From Escherichia phage EC100, in sequence record NC_105587.1: DNA of 64,000 nt. The stretch is one strand, 5' to 3'. Position numbers and translations under genes: made by a program. The notes beneath the pieces are model-generated. The model was not told where the DNA came from and made no database searches. It was given only the letters and a program-made list of their open reading frames with translations. Numbering within the stretch: the stretch's first letter is position 1; each line of letters begins with the position of its first letter. This document shows, in pieces, positions 16,903 to 24,376 of this stretch.

Positions 16903-17607
16903 ATGGCTGGTTCTCGCAGAAAGAAACATATCCATGAAATCCCGGATGAAGTCTTTAAAAAAGTTATAGAGCATCTGGAGAATGGTGGTACTAAGAAAGC
17001 AGCATGTGAAATGCTCGGCGTATCATCCAATCCAACTATGGAAAGGATGATTGAAGAATGGCAAGACCGCCAGATTCAAGTTGCCGAAATGAAGAAAAAG
17101 AAACGTGGCACACTTATTGAAGGCATAGAGTTAGCCAACGTTATTGAGCAGTATTTATCTGGTGATTCTTTTGAAGAAATTGCCGATCGTAATTATCGCT
17201 CTGTAGCAATGGTTAAATCTGTTCTGGAACGATATGGTGCTCTACTTCGTTTTAACGATATTGTAGATCCATTGAATCCTCCAATTATTCCTGATGATGC
17301 TGTAGCAGAAGAATTTGCAGTTGGTGAGCTTGTTTGGGTTCCTGGATACCAGTGTATCGGTGAAATCAAAAAAGCAATGGATAATCCTGTTGGTTGTTAC
17401 CGTGTTTGGCTTCTATCAGAAGGCAAACAACAGAACGTTCATTATATGAATTACGAGCTGGCTTCTGTTAAACATCTGGAAAAGTTAGGAGTAGACGTAA
17501 AATCTTTAGGATATAAGTGGACTCGTGAAGAAATTATTACGTTGATTAACGAAGCTGTTAAGGCCGCCTTGAAACTTGATAAAGAAAAAGGAAAACGCCG
17601 TGAGTAA
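16903..17607 (+). CDS. hypothetical protein, possible HTH DNA-binding protein
   Basis: 234 aa behind a cassette promoter; N-terminal GGTKKAACEMLGVS helix-turn-helix-like stretch. Confidence 0.5.
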   Translation: MAGSRRKKHIHEIPDEVFKKVIEHLENGGTKKAACEMLGVSSNPTMERMIEEWQDRQIQVAEMKKKKRGTLIEGIELANVIEQYLSGDSFEEIADRNYRSVAMVKSVLERYGALLRFNDIVDPLNPPIIPDDAVAEEFAVGELVWVPGYQCIGEIKKAMDNPVGCYRVWLLSEGKQQNVHYMNYELASVKHLEKLGVDVKSLGYKWTREEIITLINEAVKAALKLDKEKGKRRE

Positions 17608-17863
17608 ACTAACAGATTTGCTTAAAGATGGAGATGTAAAATATCTCCAGCGGGATAGCTGGGGTAACTGGGATGCTCGTACTTATTACTCTACTATTAT
17701 AAAAGTAGATGTTGATAATAATGATATTGTCGAGTTTACCTGGTGGCCCAATGAAGATGGGTATACCAAGTTCGGTATAAAAGACGCAACATGGAAAACC
17801 ACCTCCCTAACCCTAGAAGAAGCTCTGGCGGATGATTGGGAGATCGTTGAGCTAGATGTGTAG
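17600..17863 (+). CDS. hypothetical protein
   Basis: GTG start at 17600 with AAAGGA SD overlapping the upstream stop; ORF-track TTG start at 17576 is less likely. Confidence 0.35.
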   Translation: MSKLTDLLKDGDVKYLQRDSWGNWDARTYYSTIIKVDVDNNDIVEFTWWPNEDGYTKFGIKDATWKTTSLTLEEALADDWEIVELDV

Positions 17864-17883
17864 CAATTACTGAAAAATTTCAG

Positions 17884-17912
17884 TTGCTTAATCCTATAAT
17901 TCTTGATATAAT
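17884..17912 (+). promoter_or_regulatory. sigma70-type promoter, TTGCTT-17-TATAAT
   Basis: -35 17884-17889, -10 17907-17912 with TGn. Confidence 0.5.
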
Positions 17913-17969
17913 ATTCTCATAGTTTGAAAGAACTATTCTGTTTAATTCTTAATTAAGGAAATATAAAAT

Positions 17970-18380
17970 ATGACTACTCCAACTCAGTGGACTGATGAAC
18001 TGTTTGAAAAAATGTCTTCCGAATATGTTGCTCGTATGGAGCAATTCCCAGAGGATGAACGTCCGGGCGTTAGCATGGAAATTGTTAGTGAAATTGCCCA
18101 GGAAAATGGTGTAACTCCGAACGGTTTTCGTATGAAGCTGACTAAAGCAGGTTTGTATATCAAGAAAGCTGCTGGTTCTACTTCTAAATCTAGCGCATCT
18201 ACTGGAGAAAAAGCTTCCGGTGGTTCTCGTACCTCCAAAGCTCAAGCCCATGCCGACCTTCGTTCAGCGTTCTCTGATGCTGGCTTAGCACCAGATTTTC
18301 TGGATGATGCAATTATCGACAAATTGACCGGTAAAGCGGCTGCTCATCTGGCAGAAGCAATCCGAGCTATCACTAAGTAA
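17970..18380 (+). CDS. hypothetical protein
   Basis: 136-aa ORF with AAGGAAA SD; codon usage like strongly expressed genes. Confidence 0.5.
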   Translation: MTTPTQWTDELFEKMSSEYVARMEQFPEDERPGVSMEIVSEIAQENGVTPNGFRMKLTKAGLYIKKAAGSTSKSSASTGEKASGGSRTSKAQAHADLRSAFSDAGLAPDFLDDAIIDKLTGKAAAHLAEAIRAITK

Positions 18381-18415
18381 TTTTAGATAAATCCACCACA
18401 AAAGGAACTATAGCT

Positions 18416-18712
18416 ATGACTAAAGCTGAAATTATTGCACAGTGCGAAAAATTTGGTGAGTTTTATCTTCATTACGAGAAACTTCGTCAGAAAGGAACCA
18501 CGTACCTTCAGGGTACAATGGAATTTGATCCAGCCCAAGATAAATATCTGGCTGAGCGTATTAAACGTGAACGTATTCGTAAAGCGAAAGATGATGAAAT
18601 CCTTGTCTTCTCTCGTACTAATGATAGCTTCCGTTTTATTCCTGTCGAGAAAGTTCGTCGTGTGACTAGCCTCCAATCAGAGTTAGATCGTGCTTCTCCA
18701 GTAGGCCGATAA
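18416..18712 (+). CDS. hypothetical protein
   Basis: 98-aa ORF with AAGGAA SD. Confidence 0.5.
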   Translation: MTKAEIIAQCEKFGEFYLHYEKLRQKGTTYLQGTMEFDPAQDKYLAERIKRERIRKAKDDEILVFSRTNDSFRFIPVEKVRRVTSLQSELDRASPVGR

Positions 18713-18721
18713 GAAAACAAT

Positions 18722-18745
18722 TAGCCCCTATATGGGGCTTTTTGT
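18722..18745 (+). terminator. rho-independent terminator
   Basis: AGCCCC-tata-GGGGCT hairpin followed by TTTTTGTG. Confidence 0.65.
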
Positions 18746-18762
18746 GTATTTGGGATATGTAA

Positions 18763-19071
18763 ATGAGCGAACAGGTAAATCAAAACTATGAAGGACACGT
18801 TGATGACCAGTCCATCATACTTTGGGAGAAGGAGGGAGAACAAGTAAGATTAACAGTATCTGAATTTCGTGGGAATCTATACATGGGTATTCGTTACTGG
18901 CTTCTTGATATTAATGATGAATGGTTTCCAACGAAATCTGGCTTCTCTTTTCCTTACACCCTAGAAACAACATCACAGCTTTTCTATGCGTTTACACAGA
19001 TTCTCAGCGAATCTGAGGTTTTACATGAAGTACAGAAACGAGCTGAAGAACTCAAAGCCAAGAATGCCTAG
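18763..19071 (+). CDS. hypothetical protein
   Basis: 102-aa ORF between two terminators. Confidence 0.45.
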   Translation: MSEQVNQNYEGHVDDQSIILWEKEGEQVRLTVSEFRGNLYMGIRYWLLDINDEWFPTKSGFSFPYTLETTSQLFYAFTQILSESEVLHEVQKRAEELKAKNA

Positions 19072-19088
19072 TTCTTGGCTTTTTCTTT
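19057..19088 (+). terminator. rho-independent terminator
   Basis: GCCAAGAA / TTCTTGGC 8-bp stem followed by TTTTTCTTT; the stop codon lies in the loop. Confidence 0.65.
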
Positions 19089-19098
19089 ATAAATGTAT

Positions 19099-19127
19099 TT
19101 GCTTTCAACTCAGTTTTGATATATAAT
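19099..19127 (+). promoter_or_regulatory. cassette promoter, TTGCTT-17-TATAAT, for ligase subunit A
   Basis: -35 19099-19104, -10 19122-19127. Confidence 0.6.
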
Positions 19128-19158
19128 ATTTATATAAATTAATGAGAGATATAAATAA

Positions 19159-20130
19159 ATGACCAATGTAAAAGAATTTATTAAACGCTGTCAAGAAGCA
19201 TATTATCAAGGCATGTCTTTAATCTCTGATGAAGAATATGATCGCCTGGTAAAACGCTTCCCGTTAGAGGAAGAGATCGGGCCTAAGGGTGATATTCCAC
19301 ACCTATATCGTATGTATTCTTTACAGAAAGTTTATTATAACCGTGGGGATAAACCACCATTTAATCCTTTAGGTCAGGTAGAAACTGATAAGTTAGATGG
19401 TTGTGCAATTTCTCTGCTATATATTAACGGTGAATTTGTTCAAGCATTAACCCGTGGTAATGGTATTCTGGGAAATGATGTAACAAGCAACGTAAGATTG
19501 CTGAACATTCCTAAAAAGATTTCCCAAAAAGTACCTACTCAAATCACTGGTGAAGTTCTAATTACAAAAGAAGTAGAAAATAAACGTAACTTTGCCTCTG
19601 GTGCTATTAACCTCAAAGATAGTGATGCTTTCGTACAACGCATTGGAGAAGGCGGTTTAATCTTTGTTGCTTACGGTATCCAATGTTCTGCTGAATCTGT
19701 AGGTATTACAGAAGCATATTTAAAAGATATGCTTTGGCTAGAGAAGGAGAACTTCTTAACAGTTGTTAATGTGCGTTCCTTTTTTAAATGGATTCCTACG
19801 GACGGTAAAGTTGTTCGTATTAATGACAATAACAAATTCTTCCGTGAAGGCTGGACTAATAAATTCCCTCGTGGAGCATTCGCCATTAAAGAGGATGAAG
19901 AAGGCGAAATTACAACTCTTACTAAAGTTGAATGGCAGGTAGGGGCTTCTGGTAAAGTAACTCCAGTTGGTTATTTCGAACCGGTAATTATTGATGATGC
20001 TACAATTGTTAAAGCGACTCTTAATAACGTTGATTATATTAACTCTCTTGATCTAGAGATCGGTTGCCAGATTCGAGTGATTCGTGCTGGTGGTGTAATC
20101 CCGTGCATAGTAGAGCGAGTATACGATTAA
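19159..20130 (+). CDS. lig: NAD-dependent DNA ligase, subunit A (adenylation and OB domains)
   Basis: 323 aa; KxDG adenylation motif (KLDGCA) and LigA-type OB-fold segment (WQVGASGKVTPV...RAGGVIP). Confidence 0.8.
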   Translation: MTNVKEFIKRCQEAYYQGMSLISDEEYDRLVKRFPLEEEIGPKGDIPHLYRMYSLQKVYYNRGDKPPFNPLGQVETDKLDGCAISLLYINGEFVQALTRGNGILGNDVTSNVRLLNIPKKISQKVPTQITGEVLITKEVENKRNFASGAINLKDSDAFVQRIGEGGLIFVAYGIQCSAESVGITEAYLKDMLWLEKENFLTVVNVRSFFKWIPTDGKVVRINDNNKFFREGWTNKFPRGAFAIKEDEEGEITTLTKVEWQVGASGKVTPVGYFEPVIIDDATIVKATLNNVDYINSLDLEIGCQIRVIRAGGVIPCIVERVYD

Positions 20131-20180
20131 TACATAACCCTTTGCTACCCATCTACCATATCGGAATTATAAAGTGGTTA

Positions 20181-20209
20181 TTGACATTTTCGCCGCTTAG
20201 GTATATACT
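20181..20209 (+). promoter_or_regulatory. sigma70 promoter, TTGACA-17-TATACT, inside the ligase spacer
   Basis: Consensus -35 with near-consensus -10. Confidence 0.5.
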
Positions 20210-20274
20210 ATTATCATTCAGTTGAGGGATAGAAAGTTATGGCGAGGGTAAGCAAAGTTAGTTAAAATTGTAGT

Positions 20275-20302
20275 TGCTAAATGCTTAAATACTTGCTATA
20301 AT
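20275..20302 (+). promoter_or_regulatory. cassette promoter, TTGCTA-17-TATAAT, for ligase subunit B
   Basis: -35 20275-20280, -10 20297-20302. Confidence 0.55.
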
Positions 20303-20332
20303 ATTTATATAAATTGATAAGGAAGAAATTTG

Positions 20333-21112
20333 ATGAAAATCGAAATTCCAACACAATGTCCCTCTTGTGGTTCTAAGCTAGATCTTGTCAACGGACAATT
20401 ATTCTGTCGTAATAAGTCCAACTGTCCAGCGCAATCAAGTAAGTTAATTGAGAACTTCTGTTCAAAAATGAAGTTAAAGGGCTTTGGCCCAAAAACTATT
20501 GAGAAGCTGGAGCTGACGAAGATTTCAGAACTATTTTACCTAACCGAAGAAGATTTGGTTAGAGCCGTGGGTAGCAAGGTTGCCGCTAAGTTAATTAGCG
20601 AATTAAATACTAAAGTTCGCGGAGACATTGACTTTGGTTCAGTTCTCGGTTCTTTAGGAATCCCTCTAATTGGAGAGGTTGCAGCAAAGAAATTGTCCCA
20701 AAATTGCACCAGTTTTCAAGATGTGAAGGCTGACGGCAAGGCTGGAGAAAACTATAAAGCCTGGCTAAATTCCCCACAAGGCAAGGATGTTATCGAATTA
20801 CCGTGGAAATTCACAACTGGTATTAAAGGTGCTAAAGCTGAGGTCATCATTACTGATGGTCTAGTAGCCCAGCCAAATGGAATCGCGGTGTGTATTACCG
20901 GGTCTTTGCAAGATTTTGCAAATCGAACGGATGCAACAAACTATTTAGAAGGTCTAGGATATACGGTTAAGAAATCCGTTACCAAAGACGTCAAATACCT
21001 AATCTGTGAGGATGAATCTAAGCGTTCTTCCTCATCTTATAAGAAAGCCGAAACGAATGGGATAGAAATCCTGTCGATTAAAGAACTATTGGAGAAAAAT
21101 AATAATGTCTAA
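20333..21112 (+). CDS. lig: NAD-dependent DNA ligase, subunit B (Zn finger, HhH, BRCT-like)
   Basis: C4 zinc finger CPSCGSKLD...CRNKSNCPAQ at the N-terminus, then HhH-like GFGPKT; ATG at 20333 (ORF track starts at TTG 20330). Confidence 0.75.
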   Translation: MKIEIPTQCPSCGSKLDLVNGQLFCRNKSNCPAQSSKLIENFCSKMKLKGFGPKTIEKLELTKISELFYLTEEDLVRAVGSKVAAKLISELNTKVRGDIDFGSVLGSLGIPLIGEVAAKKLSQNCTSFQDVKADGKAGENYKAWLNSPQGKDVIELPWKFTTGIKGAKAEVIITDGLVAQPNGIAVCITGSLQDFANRTDATNYLEGLGYTVKKSVTKDVKYLICEDESKRSSSSYKKAETNGIEILSIKELLEKNNNV

Positions 21113-21872
21113 ACTGAACTGGAACGTAGAAGGTGTAACCGAGTCTCTGAAAGCAAAAGCCACTGCTCTGGGTGTTGCTGTAATCTCTCAAGAACAAGTA
21201 GCGGCTATCGCTGCTGAACTGGCTGCTGAAACTGGCAAAGACGTTACCGCTCGCTCTGTTGGCTCTAAGCTGCGTAAAGAAGGTTTCGAAGTACAGAAAG
21301 CTAACGAAGTACAGAAATCCCCGTGGACTCCTGAGCAGGAAGCTGAACTGGTTGATTTCCTGAACGCTCATGCTGGTCAGTATACCTATGCTGAAATCGC
21401 TGCTGCTGTAGCTGGTGGTCAGTTCGGTGCTAAGCAGGTACAGGGTAAGATCCTGAGTCTGGAAATGACCGCTTCTGTTAAACCAACTGAAAAAGCTGCT
21501 GCTGTTCGTTCCTTCACTCCGGATGAAGAAACTGACTTTGTTAATCAGGTTGTTGCTGGAGCTACTATTGAAGCTATCGCTGCTCACTTCGGTCGTAATA
21601 TCAAACAGATCCGTGGTAAAGCTCTGAGTCTGCTTCGTGAAGGTCGTATCGCCGCTATGCCGGTACAGGAAACTTCAAGTGCTAAAACTCGTGAAGATCT
21701 GTTAGAAGGTCTGGATCTGGCTAACATGACCGTTGCTGAGATCGCTGAGAAAACTGGTAAGTCTGAGCGCGGTGTTAAATCTATGCTGTCTCGTCGTGGT
21801 CTGGTTGCTAAGGACTATGATGGTGCCGCTAAGCGTGCTAAACTGGATGCAAAAGCTGCGGCTGCTGAATAA
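21105..21872 (+). CDS. hypothetical protein with four HTH-like repeats
   Basis: 255 aa; four ~35-aa repeats of pattern xxE(I/V)AAxx...(K/R)x(V/I)xxKxLSL; Ala-rich; codon bias like highly expressed genes. Confidence 0.6.
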   Translation: MSKLNWNVEGVTESLKAKATALGVAVISQEQVAAIAAELAAETGKDVTARSVGSKLRKEGFEVQKANEVQKSPWTPEQEAELVDFLNAHAGQYTYAEIAAAVAGGQFGAKQVQGKILSLEMTASVKPTEKAAAVRSFTPDEETDFVNQVVAGATIEAIAAHFGRNIKQIRGKALSLLREGRIAAMPVQETSSAKTREDLLEGLDLANMTVAEIAEKTGKSERGVKSMLSRRGLVAKDYDGAAKRAKLDAKAAAAE

Positions 21873-21888
21873 TCTGGTAAATTAAACC

Positions 21889-21922
21889 TAAGGGGAGGGG
21901 GCTATGCTCCTTCCCCTTTTTG
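21889..21922 (+). terminator. rho-independent terminator
   Basis: AAGGGGAGGG / CCTTCCCCTT stem followed by TTTGCATTT. Confidence 0.55.
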
Positions 21923-21954
21923 CATTTAGAAGGCACGAAAGCGTGCAAAGGAGA

Positions 21955-23427
21955 ATGACCTTGTTTAACGTGCAAGCTGTAGTGTTGAAGATGCTTCTAG
22001 CTTCCGAACAGAAGCAAATAGCATTGGAAACATTCTCAAAACTGCATAAAGATCATTTTAATGACGCTTTCTCCTCAATTTACCAAGCCGTCCAGAATTA
22101 TTATAAAAAATATAACACAATGCCGTCCATTGACGCACTGATGCTTGAGTCTAATAGGAACGCCCGCCTTTCTCAAGCTCTAGTCGTCTTAGCTAACACT
22201 CAAATTCCAGAAGTGAGCATGGAACAGGCACTTGAAGTCCTAGAGGCCGAATATACACAGGATTTATTCCTGAAGCTTCTAGAAACAGACGTGCTTCAAG
22301 ATTTAACAATGCTGGATCAGGGAGAAATTCTCAACCGAGTTGCCTCCCTTCACTTAAAATTAGAAGAGAAAGTAACGAATACTGGAAAAGTATTCAACGC
22401 AGATAACATGCGTATTTTCCAGAGAGAAGAAGATACCAAACTGAACTTAATCGCTCTTGGTATTTGTAATGAGTTCGACGCTCAAATTGGTTTAGCTCGC
22501 ACAGAAACGTTACTGCTTGGTGGTTGGCGTGGTACTGGTAAATCCATTATCTGTTCAAACATACAGGTTCAGCAATATTTGAATGGAGATATTGCTCCAT
22601 ACTTCTCAATTGAGATGAAAGAACATGAAGTATTTAGACGTAATCTAGCCATGTTAGCTGGTGTATCAGCATTAGCAATGCGTAATAATACTCTAGAAGG
22701 TGCAGCTCTGTTGAGGTTGGCCAGAACTAGAGCTAGAATGTTTAATGGTGGTGAAGAGCTTTTTGATAACTTCGTTAAACAGTACACAATGGCTAAGATG
22801 AGTGATTTCTACGATATGGAGAGTAAGCTAATAGAGGGATATGAACTACATACTCCTATGATTATTGTTTATGATCCTGAGCTGTCCATTACAACAGTTG
22901 ACGTAGAATTAAATAAATTAGTTGCTAGATATGGTGATAAAGTTACAGTAGCTTTACTGGACTATATTAACCAAACCCGACTTCCAGACTCTAAAACCAT
23001 TGATATGTATGACTGGAAAGAACAGATGGTTGTTAGCTCGTCTTTCAAATCTATCTGCCAGAAACATAACGTGGCTGGAGTAGCTCCTTACCAGATCGAT
23101 CAAGATGGTAGAACACGTATGTCAAAGGGGATTCTTGATTCCGCAGACATGGCTGCTAATCTTAATGCTGCAAAAGCTGATAATGGTCAAGGTGCTATTA
23201 TGTTTGACTTCGTTAAGACTCGTTCTTCTGATAGCGTGAAGTTTATGCCTAAAATGAACTGGGAAACTCTGCGAATGGATAACACTACCAATCTAGCAAT
23301 GGAAGATATATCTCAAATGGAAGCTGAGTTCGTTATCCCTATTGAGAAGGATAAGTCGGCTCAACCTAAACGTGCTAAGAAAGACAAAGCTGAAAATTCA
23401 ACAGGTGAACAGGCCAGCGATATATGA
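21955..23427 (+). CDS. DnaB-like replicative helicase
   Basis: ATG 21955 with AAGGAG SD (ORF-track start 21904 lies inside the terminator); Walker A GGWRGTGKS; gene immediately precedes primase. Confidence 0.6.
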   Translation: MTLFNVQAVVLKMLLASEQKQIALETFSKLHKDHFNDAFSSIYQAVQNYYKKYNTMPSIDALMLESNRNARLSQALVVLANTQIPEVSMEQALEVLEAEYTQDLFLKLLETDVLQDLTMLDQGEILNRVASLHLKLEEKVTNTGKVFNADNMRIFQREEDTKLNLIALGICNEFDAQIGLARTETLLLGGWRGTGKSIICSNIQVQQYLNGDIAPYFSIEMKEHEVFRRNLAMLAGVSALAMRNNTLEGAALLRLARTRARMFNGGEELFDNFVKQYTMAKMSDFYDMESKLIEGYELHTPMIIVYDPELSITTVDVELNKLVARYGDKVTVALLDYINQTRLPDSKTIDMYDWKEQMVVSSSFKSICQKHNVAGVAPYQIDQDGRTRMSKGILDSADMAANLNAAKADNGQGAIMFDFVKTRSSDSVKFMPKMNWETLRMDNTTNLAMEDISQMEAEFVIPIEKDKSAQPKRAKKDKAENSTGEQASDI

Positions 23428-24314
23428 GTAGAATAACAGAACTACTTGATCTGAAAGGCATTGAATATAAAGACACAGGTGGGGACATCCTCATCTGTTG
23501 TCTCAATCCAGATCATGACGATAAACACCCAAGTTTGCGTATTGATCCTGAAACAGGTATTATGCACTGCTTGAGTTGTGGCTTCGGTAAAGGTATACCG
23601 AGCATTTACCATTATTTTAATGAGACTCAGTACCGACAGTCTCCAAGACTATCACAGGTACGTAAAAAGATTTCAGAGATTAGGAATGGATCTACGAATC
23701 TTGCAATTCCTGAATCTGCTTACCTTTTCGAAGGTGATTTCCGAGGTATAAGTTCTAAGACCTTGAAGAAATATTTTGCTTTCCAACACCAAGCAGACTG
23801 GGAAGGCAGAATTGTATTCCCAATCACAGATGCTGTTGGACGCAATATCCTATTTTTGGGTCGTTCTATAAACAGTTCTGCCCCTCCTAAATACTTAGTA
23901 AAACCAAAACAAGTTTCACCACCAATTTTTCCTGTACGATATAATACTCCAGTTCTTATTCTAGTTGAAGGTATCTTTGATCTGCTAAATCTAGAGGATA
24001 ATGGTATAGACTATGCTTCTTGTTGCTTTGGTACACATCAGTTTACTTCAGACAACATTGCGGATAAGTTTAGTCCTTATATTATTGCTGGTGTAAAAGT
24101 TGTTGTTATCTTACTAGATAATGATGCTTCGGGTAATAAAGCTGCACAAGCACTGGCCAAGCTAATTCGTACAAAAACGCGTTTAACACCTGTAGTTGCT
24201 AACTTTCTTCTACCTGAAGGTAAAGACCCAGGTGACCTAAATAAAGAAGAAATTGATATGTTAGCAAAACGTATTGAAATTTTAGTTGCTGAATCGCTTA
24301 AAGATTTGGTATAA
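23424..24314 (+). CDS. DNA primase (zinc-binding plus TOPRIM)
   Basis: 296 aa; CHC2-type zinc motif CCLNPDHDDKHPS...HCLSCG and TOPRIM motifs LVEG, DNDASG. Confidence 0.8.
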   Translation: MSRITELLDLKGIEYKDTGGDILICCLNPDHDDKHPSLRIDPETGIMHCLSCGFGKGIPSIYHYFNETQYRQSPRLSQVRKKISEIRNGSTNLAIPESAYLFEGDFRGISSKTLKKYFAFQHQADWEGRIVFPITDAVGRNILFLGRSINSSAPPKYLVKPKQVSPPIFPVRYNTPVLILVEGIFDLLNLEDNGIDYASCCFGTHQFTSDNIADKFSPYIIAGVKVVVILLDNDASGNKAAQALAKLIRTKTRLTPVVANFLLPEGKDPGDLNKEEIDMLAKRIEILVAESLKDLV

Positions 24315-24376
24315 TATATTGGTAAGTTAGAGAAGAAACACTGAAGTTATACTTACTTACCAAGAGGAGATTAAAT

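Noticed and set aside
21078-21587. 169-aa minus-strand ORF
   Set aside because: Antisense shadow of the strongly biased 21105-21872 gene; Ser-rich low-complexity translation typical of reverse-strand artefacts.
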